Under the pieces are notes generated by a model. It was not told the DNA's origin and made no database searches. It saw only the letters and a list, made by a program, of their open reading frames with translations. Below, piece by piece: positions 48,650-59,731 of a stretch of 64,000 bases of DNA (its first letter is position 1; every line of letters begins with the position of its first letter). The position numbers and the translations under genes were made by a program. This stretch comes from Patella caerulea (lineage: Eukaryota), in NCBI GenBank assembly GCA_036850965.1, contig JAZGQO010000002.1, positions 26,996,901 to 27,060,900 of the forward strand. Direction: 5' to 3'.

Positions 48650-48753
48650 CTCTTGTTCAGAAATTTCATCCCCTTGAGCATCAGTGTCTTCACTCACACT
48701 ATGACGAAATCTTTTATCACTAACACACTTTTCTCTTCTTGCTTTTCTCTGAT
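48650..48753 (-). CDS. Importin-alpha-like upstream exon (..QRKARREKCVSDKRFRHSVSEDTDAQGDEISEQE), basic then acidic, possibly the IBB-domain region
   Basis: Open frame between an attag acceptor and a gtaatt donor. Phase is continuous with the 47802-47914 exon. It starts in phase 1, so at least one further 5' exon exists and was not found. Confidence 0.45.
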
Positions 48754-48892
48754 CTAATAAAAGAAAAGTCACATGTTAATTCAACATCCGAATAATTAAA
48801 TAATGTACAACATTTCATTTCATACTTTTTGTTATGTAAGTAAAAGTTCCAAATATACATGTAGACAATGTGGGAAAACTTCATATTCTTCG

Positions 48893-49050
48893 CAGGAAGA
48901 AATCCATGAGGTTGAGAAGACGCCCCTATCTCCAAGCTACATACATGTAGCTCACACCAGGAATCAAAACCACAGCCGCAAGTCAGAGGTGACTGACTAG
49001 CTTGAGGTCGAAACTAGGAAATTCTATCTAGACTACTAGGCCGTCCCAAC
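48893..49050 (-). mobile_element. SINE family 1 fragment (head and core, reversed)
   Basis: catgaggttgagaagacgcccctatctcc...caccaggaatcaaaaccacagccgcaagtcagaggtgac...ctagactactaggccgtccc is the reverse complement of the SINE head region. Confidence 0.6.
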
Positions 49051-49462
49051 ACCTCTCAGAGGAAAAGAGGACGACTGTTTTTTTTAAGAACTTTTGATAT
49101 AAAAACAAAATATTTTTCTACAATACATTGCACAATAAATCTGGTATCAATACTTAGCCCCATGTACATGTAAGAGACAATTACTCTTTTAAAATAATAT
49201 TAAACACATTTGGCCTTCATGGGCCTTTTGATACGGGCTATTTTATAGAGACCAATAATTGCATACAATTATTTTATTTTTCACAAGTAACATGAATAAA
49301 CTGAGGAAGATCTTTAGGTTAGGGTTAATCATTAGTTACTTTAAGTATTTGTTTCGGCTCTGCTCTCAACTATGTTACTGCCAGCTCCTAATGACAACTA
49401 AAATGAAAATAAGACTTTTCCCCCAACTCCGTTCAAAGACTATTTTGGAATCTTTTACCATC

Positions 49463-50964
49463 TATACTATTCAAAAAAAGTAGGGGATATTTGATTTTTA
49501 AGTGTTATTAAAGTCACCTAATGAAACTGACGAAGAAACAAATGACAAAATGAAATGAAGTTCACATTCATCGATTTATTCCAAATGATCGTTAGACTAA
49601 GTAAGGCACAGACTGACCATTATAAGGGTAAAATGATACCCGGGGTCAAACAGCAAAGTTACCACAGCATCACAACAAAGTCAGTAACGGGTAAATCCTC
49701 CTCTGTTTGCCAAACAAGCATTGATCCGACGTGGCATACTCCTAATGAGACGTCTAAGGTCATTTTGGTCCAGATTGTTCGATTTCTGTTGCAACGTCTG
49801 TTGTTGACGTTGACGTAACCTCTGTCCAAGAATGTCCCAGACATGCTCGATGGGGGAGAGGTCGGGACTCAGTGCTGGCCAAGGTAATGTGGTGATGTTC
49901 TGTTGTTGGAGGTAACCTGTAACGATCCTGGCATTGTGACATCTTGCGTTGTCATCCTGGAAGATGAAACGGCGGCCATGACGTCGTGCGAACGGCACAA
50001 CATGGACTGACAAGATGTTGTCCCGGTAGTACTGGCCTGTAACACGCCCTGCACCAACATGTAAAGCCGTTCTTCCAGCAACAGTGATGCCTTCCCACAC
50101 CATAACAGAACCACCCCCAAATCGATCATGTCTAATGACGTTAACGTCTTGGAAGCGCTAGTTTCGACGACGCCACACCCTCCTACGTCTGTCCAAAAAA
50201 TCAACAGTGAACCTTGACTCATCTGAAAACATCACATTGCTCCAGCGTCGATTATCCCAGTGTTGACGATCCCTACACCAACGACGTCTTGCCTGAATGT
50301 GATGATCTCTCAAACAAAGGATCACGCGAGGACGTCGGGCGCGAAGGTGACTCCTATGCAGTCGATTCCGAATCGTCTGGCCACTCACTCTCACACCAGT
50401 GTCTGTTTGAAGACAAGCGCTGATCTGATTTGCTGTGATGACACGATTTCTCAAGGCCAAGGTACGGATAAATCGATCCTGGGCTTGAGTTGTCGCCCTT
50501 GGTCGACCTGAGCGTGGGCTGTCCTGTACAGATTGTGTATCACGGTATCTGGACCATAGCCTGCTTATGACAGACTGAGAAACATTCATCGTCCGCGCCA
50601 CAACCGCCTGTGTTGTGCCGATCTGTAGCATGCCAGGGGCACGTAACTCTTCATTTTGGGTAAGTCGACGCATATCAAAATTTGTTTTCTGGTCACTAAA
50701 ACAATTAAACTGATGTTTCCACACCGGAATTCAATGCCACAATAACTGTTAAGTCAGAGTCGTGCAAATCTTGGGTTGGACCCCCATGATGATCCCAAGC
50801 ATCAGCTGCATTCCATGCAGTAGCTATTGGTGCGTTTGGGCGTCACATGTAACTGGAAATGTTTCTTCTGTTAGGTTCTATAGTGACTTTTTTCGTAGTC
50901 ATTTGCATATTTTAGTATTATGCCCCCAAAATCAAATATCCCCTACTTTTTTTGAATAGTATAT
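49463..50964 (-). mobile_element. Tc1/mariner-family DNA transposon, copy 2, nested inside another repeat
   Basis: Same TIRs as copy 1 and about 93-95% identity. The transposase is disrupted by a TAG nonsense codon at 50155-50157 (TTG in copy 1), an indel of about 30 bp near 49800 and a 15-bp indel near 50075. The TA flanks split sequence (49330-49462 and 50965-51240) that aligns to one repeat family. Confidence 0.9.
49681..50724 (-). pseudogene. Tc1-type transposase pseudogene (copy 2)
   Basis: ORF 50158-50724 runs HTH and linker through ...FSDESRFTVDFLDRRRRVWRRRN and then hits a stop. ORF 49681-50103 carries the DDE C-terminal motifs. Confidence 0.85.
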
Positions 50965-51429
50965 TTTTCACTGTGATTCAGATTTGGTCGCGACATCCGA
51001 CACAAATTTATAAAAATCCAACACTATTTTCATTTATAATTCTGCGATACAAATACAAAAACAACTTTCATTTGAATTTAGTTATTTTAATAACGGATTA
51101 ATGAGAGCACTACCTCTAGCTCCCTGCCGTTATTGATCGGCTCTCTAAACAACTAATAGGAAAATAAGGCTTTTCTCTATCTCGGTTCTACGGCTAATTT
51201 AGAATCCTTACCGTCTATTTTTGACCAAGATTCCTCTTTGATCACCAAAAGGAATCATTTCCTGTCACATCTGACACAAATTTATAATAATCCAACATTA
51301 TTTTCATGTAGGATGGTGCTCTAATAAAACGTACACAACTTTCATTTGGAATCGGCGGCCATCATTAACTGACAACTGCACGGAGAACGCTAGATCAGAG
51401 ACGGTCCTACACATATTATGACGTCATAT

Positions 51430-51570
51430 ATGTGAATGTGATTGTACGTTAGGGTAACCGTTAGACTTAGCCAAGGGTTAGGGTTAGGGCTAGCCCTAAT
51501 TACATTTCGAGACTTTGGCGAAATCTACAGGTTCTAGCCCTTACCCTAATCCACAATCTATAAATGACGT
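51430..51570. repeat. Palindromic structure containing telomere-like (TTAGGG) about 2.5 copies and its inverted complement, flanked by inverted ATGACGTCATAT motifs
   Basis: ...ccaagggttagggttagggctagccctaattac...gcccttaccctaatcc... with tatgacgtcatatatgtg on the left and aaatgacgtcatatgtgct on the right. Confidence 0.5.
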
Positions 51571-51589
51571 CATATGTGCTAAAATGCGT

Positions 51590-51780
51590 AGGAGCCCTGG
51601 TGTGAGGGTATGTGGCATGGAGAAACCATACATGTATGTTAGTCCCAAAATGACCTAGATTGTGTCGAGTGGACGTTACACCCCATTTCCCTCTCTCATA
51701 AAGACATTCAATTAGAATTTGTGCTAATACCTAACCCAGAGGTCGAAGTGCGGCACACTAGACCACCCCAACCCCCCGAA
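51590..51780. mobile_element. Rearranged SINE family 1 fragments (core and tail on +, head fragment on -)
   Basis: gtaggagccctggtgtgagggtatgtggcatggagaaacc...gttagtcccaaaatgacctagattgtgtcgagtggacgttacaccccatttcc followed by ...cagaggtcgaagtgcggcacactagaccacc. Confidence 0.5.
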
Positions 51781-51789
51781 TGTCTTTAT

Positions 51790-52150
51790 GTAAATCATAT
51801 TTATGTTATATATTATGAATAAATGTCTATGTAAATTATGTATCAAATAAAAGTCTAAGTAAATTATGTATCAAATAAATGTCTATGTAAATTATGTATT
51901 AAATAGATGTCTGTGTAAATTATGTATTAAATAATTAAATAGTGTAATAGTGTAATAAATAAATGTCTCTTTTTTGGCCATTTGATCGCCAAATGTTTTG
52001 ACAATTACAATTAAAAACTTTTGACCGTTATGACTAAAACCTTTTGACCTTTAGTTTATGACTAAAACTTTTTGACCATTGGTGTTATGAATAAAATATT
52101 TTGGCTGTTACCATACGATTAAAACTTTTTGACTAAAACTTTTTTTTCCG
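51790..52150. repeat. Two AT-rich minisatellites (roughly 31 bp x 5, tgtctatgtaaattatgtatcaaataaa; roughly 28 bp x 4, actaaaactttttgacc...)
   Basis: Direct tandem repetition is visible in the sequence immediately 3' of the SINE fragment. Confidence 0.6.
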
Positions 52151-52181
52151 TTGTTGTTATAATATGAATGATACTACAATA

Positions 52182-54334
52182 GGCCCATTCTCACAAAAAG
52201 TGAACATTTAAGCACTTTTACAAAACAGGATTACTAAAATTTTAATCAATCGTCACAGCTTTAACATTTATGCCGTCGTCTTGTGCAAAGATTAAAGTTT
52301 TCGAAAATATATGTCTTTCTCTTTATCCCCCTGGTATAAATATTTGGCATCACATTTCCTTATGGTCACCAAAATCACGTAACTGTCTTTATGATATCTA
52401 CGTTACAAATAAATTCAATGTATTGATGCTATGGAAACTAAATCATATACAAGGAAATGTTCAAATGTTCAAATTATATCGATCTTCGTCATTGATTATG
52501 AAGACCCAGCTAAATTTTCCAAAAGGTTCCGGTCATCTGATGTACACTGAGCATTATTTTTGTCAACCCACATTTCATCTGGTGAATGCGGTCACTATTC
52601 GTCTACTTCTGAAACGACTCCAATATACATGTACCATTCTTTATTGTGTACTCATACTACAAAGTCGCCATCCTTTTATGCTTTCAGTTGGAGACCATTA
52701 TTTGAATCGACAGTTTCAGGAATTATATCACTATCAATAATCAATAGTATCGGGAACTGATTGTTACTGTTCATCGCCACCCCTGACTTTGATATTCATG
52801 AAATCCAAAACATATGTCCCAACGATTGCAAACCCAACCAATGAGATGGATAAGAAGTAACAAGACCTTTCCTAGACACTTACTGATCTGGTGTTCAACA
52901 AGATATTTACGTTACCACCATTAAAGTTCAATAGTCCAAATTAATTTTCAATTTTAGGATTATACACGCAACTGACCCGGTATGTCTTGATTCATTATCT
53001 GGATGGTTGGATTGCCACTGATGAACACTCGTTTTGTAATGACATTTATGACTATAGGTTTCAAAATTCCCTATCAATAAAAGTACTAATATTTTAATTG
53101 ATTTGTGAAATATTGCGCAATTTCAAGTGTAACAAACAAATGAATGATGATATGGTCATATAATACACAATTTCAAGTGTAATTAAACAAATGAATGATG
53201 ATATGGTCACTATAATAATCCATTTGGGTACAGGATAAGAGGAGTTATATTTACGTTACTAAATGTAACGTAAATATCAACGTCACTTGCATGAGAACTA
53301 TAGGACAGTCATAATATCTCTTGTGTTTTGAAATGAAAGTGATGTCTGAACATGGCAGAAATGTGAAAATAGCAACATAAATATTATTGGGCTTACCGTA
53401 AGGCGACTCTGATTTCAGTGTGTGAGCTGTTTTATATTAACAAGTAAGCATGAGCTGTGTTTAGGCAAGTTATGATTGGCCACGTTTCTTTGGTTTGAAA
53501 GTCGAAGAAATATCTAAATCGAGTCTGATCACATGAAAAAACATTGGCCAAAATAAATTGACCAGGTTGATAAGGTAAATATCAGTAACGTAAAAATGGT
53601 TTTCAGACTGAGGTAGCCTTAGCTAGAAGAAATAGTTGTAACTCGTTCTGCATATCATGGTTTCTTATACTGATATTTGATATGCTTTTAATTTATAGCA
53701 ACTATTTTTAAATATTCAAACTTTTAATACCTAAAATGGTTGTAACGTAAATATTTCCTGAAATCAGGTCTTTTTATAATTTTTGAAACAATGTCAAAAT
53801 TCAGTAAATTACAGATAACTACTAACAATAATACATTCACATATTTTCAAAAAGTAGGGAATATAACCATCTGTTTTATAAAAATAAGTTATAATAAGAA
53901 CCCAATGTAATAGCATAAATATACGTTGTAATACAGTTAAAAAGCCGAATTTGAATTTTGGCGACAGTTCTTAATGCTACTGTGTATGACTGAATTATTT
54001 GTATTATCTTGTACATTGTAGGTAAAATGTTGGGAGATATATGTCAAATGAAAGTAATATAAATGGAATATACCAAAAGTCGAGTATTTTGTTTATGTCA
54101 CTCTTGCTATTGGCTTGGCGATAGTAACGTAAATATCGTTTTTTGAACTTTTATGTCATTGTGTAACGTTGTTTCAAGTAAATAAACACTGATTAACATA
54201 ATGTTTTATTTAAATGGCCAATGTCTTTGATACAGAATAATTAAACTGTATAGATTCAACTTTCTGTATAAAATATAATGTTATAAGATAAACTACTGCA
54301 AAACGTAAATGCTCACTTTTTGTGAGAATGGGCC
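52182..54334. mobile_element. Non-autonomous DNA transposon of about 2.15 kb with 29-bp TIRs (GGCCCATTCTCACAAAAAGTGAACATTTA) and a probable 5-6-bp TSD (CAATAG)
   Basis: The left end at 52182 and the right end ...taaatgctcactttttgtgagaatgggcc at 54334 are inverted complements with one mismatch. (c)aatag flanks both sides. The interior is AT-rich with repeated aacgtaaata motifs and roughly 55-bp direct repeats at 53100-53220. No transposase ORF. Confidence 0.7.
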
Positions 54335-57300
54335 AATAGTAGGACTATAACTTTTTAGGTACGGTATATAAGTAGTCTACATACAGACGAGTACATGTAG
54401 TCTTGTACTGAAAAACAAGGTAGGCTACATCATACATGTACATGTACGTATTATAGGACATAATAATACATACATACATGTAATTAATTGTTGAAACCAG
54501 AAAAATGATTAATATTTCTTTTTTCTGCCTCTGGTCAATAAATAATCACACTGGCAAATATTCAAAATATATTATATTGTATTTGTAAACATAACACAGC
54601 TTCTATTAACCAGTGCTCCCAATCCAAAGATGAATTCAATGGACTTATGCCGGCATGGTCTAGACGCTAGTAAATCCAGACTACGAAGCGCGTGGTGCAG
54701 CCCGATGTTTATAAATAATCCCGATGTTTGTGTTTACTACCTCGTTTGCAAAAGTTGGTCCACGAATTCTGGAGAGCATCAAACAAAAAAGGTCTGGGAT
54801 ATGATCAATAAATATATATATACCTATTTCTTCTTGTCTTCGCTGATTTCTCTTCTCCTCAACGGTTTGAGTTTTGTGTTTGTAAAGCGATTTTCTCTCC
54901 ATTTTGGTTTATCTAGGTCAATTGCCCGGATGTTCACGATCGACAAGGCCCGTCTGGTTAATCTAGACTACGAAATCTCCCGCGGTTTTATAAACCATAC
55001 AGCCCTATGTATAAACTATAAACGAAAACACAAGTGAGAAAATGGTAAACATTGACATAGTAAATATTGATTGACAAATGCATATTGGTTGATAGATGTT
55101 GCACAAGTGACAATGACAATAGGCCATTCAAATTCAATAATTAAGTCACAAATGATAGTGGCGGCTACACATGCTAGGTGGATGCTAGGTCATGCATGGG
55201 TTTTATTCACCATGAAAGGGGCAATTATAACTTCAGAAAATTTCTATATTTAATTATCTGTGCTGATAAAAGGGAAAATTTCTGAATTTGGCGATCTGTA
55301 TAATATATAATGCACAAATGTGACAATTCAGAAAATTTCTGCATTTGCCCATCGCGGACGCTATATAATTTTATAATAGGCTACGCTGTTATAACAAAGC
55401 TGACAATTTAGAAAATTTCTGAATTTGGCGACCTTGCAAAGTTTCCCCTTGATCTCTGATACTAATACTATATATGTTATTGCAGACATCAATCAGGACC
55501 CAATCAACCAAAAACTAATTAACACAAGAGAGGTACCGGTAACTGTCTTCATCAGAGGAAGCAATGTCGAAGTTCATCATTAGAGGTATCCTGATCAGAT
55601 TCCCCAATGTGCTTTTCAACCAATGACACCCGCAGTTCAGGACTATTGATATGGTTTCATAGCGCCCTTCCCTCAACCCCCAGCCATCTTTTAGCGATGG
55701 GTGCTGGTTAATTCATGATTTGTCAGCTCTTCCCCACCTCTTTGCGACCAATAAGACTATAGTGCCCTTTTGATTAGGAATTATGCTACCATCAATACCC
55801 TTCAGTTTCTTCAGAAGATTTTTACATCTTGCCTTAGACCCATTACGTCTTCCCTAACACGGCTTATATAGCGATGCCTGTTGAGTGAGGATATTGTTTG
55901 TCCCTTAGTCCCATACATCTGCTAGCTTTCCTCTAGTCACAGTATCTTTTAAAAGCTGTGCATATGGCCAAACCTTTCCTTTTCTGTGAAACGCTAATAT
56001 TGATGACATTCCAACATCCATCCAGACCAGATGTGACCATCCAATTGTATTCATTGGTGGAGGAATTTTTGAATATCATCAAAAAATAATCTACACAACC
56101 TATCTGAGATGCTTTGCCAAGGTACCACGCTTTCATAGGGTCAGACTACGCATCAGTTTTTCACAGAAAAGGAATGCTTTTAGAAGACACTTAAGTTCTG
56201 AACTCCGGGAATCATTGGTTGAAGAGGACATTGAGGAATCTGATTAGGATACCTTATGAGCATACCTTCAACATTCTTCTGATGAAAACAGTTGCCTCTC
56301 CTAAGTTAGTTTTTGGTTGATTGGGTCTTGATTGATGTCTGCAATAACGTGACATGGATCACTATTAGTGTGATCAGAGATCAAGAAGAAACTTAGCATT
56401 CCGGCCAAATTTTACTGCTTGTCACTGAATCTTTTTGGGCATTGGTCACATCTGATGTTCTTAAGTTTATTTACCACCAAAATATTCATTCTTAAGTCAG
56501 TGGTTGTGAATCCTATGACCACTCCTTACATTTTACACCTCGTTCCAATGTCGCACCTTTCATGTTAATTAAATTTCTAATTAGGGGTCATTGAGTGCAC
56601 ACCAGCATTATCCTCTTCTTAAGTACATTGACCACCAGAAATTCCTTTCTTCTGTATCTGTGGATATACAGCGCAGAGTCCTGCTGGACATATTTGCGCC
56701 AGGAAGGGAGTGCAGCTCTAGTAGCTTTGAAGTGTGAGAGTTTCTTTGAAGCTCTCGACAGTGGTGCAATGCATTGATGTGTCTTGTAGATGGTTCCAGT
56801 CTATAGTTGTTTGTTAAAGAACGAGTTTCGAAATAGTGATGTTTTAGTGGTTTTAATTTTAAAGCATTTGGATTTGTTGAAAGAAAACTTCTCCACAGGG
56901 TTTTGATGGTCAAAGTCACTGAAATCTCTGGTGTTTGCATTCGCAATTGGCGTAAGAAATTCCTAGGGGGGTAATGATGGTATTTTCCCCTTGATCACTT
57001 TATAGAATATCACAAAACGTAACATACGTCAGCGTTCTGTAAGCGGTTTTAGGCCTGCGTCCCTGAGCATTTTGCTGACACAGCCCTCTTCCTGCATGAA
57101 TGGGTCCCATAATGATTTCTGATATTCCGTACAATTTCGGCTTGGTTTCACTCTCACACATTTTATGTTGATTAAAATTTTAATTACCATTTGGGGCCAA
57201 CTGATATTTTCGAGATTATGTGATACTTATAGCTATAACTTCATTAATTTTATATGTCATATTTTGCTCCTAGCAGTATAAAACATGTCCATGCAGTTTT

Positions 57301-58948
57301 GTGTTAAATACCTGAAATAGATCAAGAGATAACAGAAACATAGTTCAGAGTAAAATCGAAAAATTGTAAATTGGTGACCTTTGACCTCTTCTTAAGTGAC
57401 CTTTCCACCAAAAATTCCATTCTTAAGTTATATTTCCTGGTTCAGGGCACAATCCTCTATCAAATGCCACTGAAGTGGAACCGCACCTTCCATGTTGAAT
57501 AAACCGATTTTTGGGGGTACTATGGGTGGCTCCTCCTACCACACACACCACTGGTGCAACTTAAGAATTGGGTTTCTGGGGTCTCCTAACCCAGCCATAC
57601 ACTACTAGCACTCCAAACCTTCCGCATCTTTCATGTTTCATAAATCCTACCTAGCTCCCGGACTAACACAACACACACTGAGGCAGAGGGTGATTCTTTT
57701 CCCAAAGTAATTGCACTGTTTTCAATCTGAGAGAGAGGGGCTTAAAATCGACTCAAAAATTTTTAAATGACTTATAACGTAATATATATATTTATATTCT
57801 AAGTCTCATCCAAAATCTTCGACAATGAAAATACAAATTATTTGTCAATTTAATTCAATATGGATGTTGTGATCTTACCGCAAAAAAAGATGGACTTATC
57901 CAATATTAAAGACAAAATAAAAAAAAATTATCAGTGGTACACGAATCGTGTACCATAATTCGTTTCAGGCCCATTTTTAACAAGGGACTGGGAGAACGAG
58001 GCTAGATGGTGGTGCATGAAGAGCATACGCAATAATATAGAGGCTAGATAACCAGACCCTAGTGATTGCATGCTATTGAGACTTCAGGCGTATTTCGTCG
58101 AACATAAGTTATTTGAAATTAGATGGAAATGGATGAATGTAAATCAGTTTATATACATTCATATAAGATTATATTATGCGTTGCGACCCATTTGAGTAAA
58201 TTTCTAGATTAGCGATTTAGCTCCTTTAAATTAAGGAATCATTATGATTATTTCGGGAATAATATGTAATTAAATTATATTTTATTAATTTCCTTGATCG
58301 TATCCTACCTAGGTCTTACTTGTGGGAGGAAACCAGAGGACCCAGAAAAATTTCTTGAGATGCAGTTAGGTGACCTTTCAGAAGTGATGTGAATTGACTC
58401 ATTGACAGACCTTGTGTTCTAAAGTGCCTGCATTAGAATATCTGACTAGCCTAGAAATATTGACAATATCTGTAAACCGGACACTTATATAATTATATGG
58501 ATACAGTACAATTCTAGATTGATGATAAGCCCACAGTTATAATTTATATAGACTTACAGAAGTAATAATATGAAAGTAATGTCAATATATTTGTCTAGAT
58601 TATTTTGATGAAAATGTATAAATATACTCTAGTTGTTTGAAACAAGTGCAACAAATTTAAATTAGTCAACCACGGATGTGGGGGTACAGTTAAGTGATTC
58701 ACTTGGAAATTTATGTAACCTAATATGCCCTTTTAATGTACTTTACCTGAAAACTTTATGGATAACATTCACTAGATTAATTAACTGCAACGTTTCAATG
58801 AGGACAGAGATCAGGCCCAAAACGCAGTATAGCAGCTCTTTATAATATACTTAGTATAAAACAATGCATCTAGGATGTTGGATAGAACCATCTATAACAT
58901 TTAGGCTACAGATTAAACTGCTATATTATCCAAATCTTTATTTTTTAG

Positions 58949-59014
58949 TCAAGAAAAAAAGGGTTGAGTGCAGAAGAAAAGAGGACAAAGATGATGGAAT
59001 TCTTCTATGAAAAA
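58949..59014 (+). CDS. MND1: MND1 exon (SRKKGLSAEEKRTKMMEFFYEK)
   Basis: Matches human MND1 MSKKKGLSAEEKRTRMMEIFSE. It begins directly at a ttttttag acceptor, so the ATG must lie in an unlocated upstream exon. gtaagc donor. Confidence 0.75.
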
Positions 59015-59731
59015 GTAAGCTAACTGTTTTGAACTTACAGCTAATTGTAACTCTTTAATGCAAAAAGTAGTGCCAAACATGATTTGAAAGATATAACTAG
59101 GTTTAATGGAGATTTTATGTTTCTTGAATAATACAAAACAAGAGATCTTTTATATGCTAGTATGAAATTGTGCATATAGATTCACTTTCCATTGAACATA
59201 AATGTTTTTACAAATCTAGCACCCATATATGAAACACAAACCCACAAAGCCACAAGGCAGTTGGCATTATGTGTATCTATTGAAATCAATGAAAATCTAT
59301 TGAAATCAATACCAAAATCAGAAAAGTTTACTTTTGTTGTGGATACATGATTTGAAAAAATCATCGACTTATATATTTAGAATATAACGATCATATGTTT
59401 TGTTTTTATTGTCCCAATATTACCCTATTAATATTACTTGGTTGAAATCCGTCAGATATCAAAATAACCCAGTTTGCCTTTTTATGGTGGCCCCACCCCA
59501 CCATGTGGTGCCAAATGATTTTGAACTAATCGAATAGTAAGTGCAGGGGGATTGCACTACACAAGCAAAAGTGAAAAGACAATGCTGCTGACAAGACACA
59601 AACTATAGCCTACAGACATTGTAACAAATAAACAACAAATTTCAAATCAAGTGAATTAATCTGAGAGTCGCTGCGTTATACAGTCCCATGCCTGTATTGA
59701 TACATGCTGTACTTAAAAAAAGAAAGTGTCA

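Noticed and set aside
52270-52740. 156-aa plus-strand ORF inside the 52182-54334 TIR element
   Set aside because: The AT-rich region is only open by chance. It has no recognisable transposase or other domain motifs, and its composition is low-complexity and hydrophobic.
54630-55037. 135-aa ORF
   Set aside because: It has no conserved motifs, is AT-rich with internal low complexity, and has no splice or start context. It is probably random.
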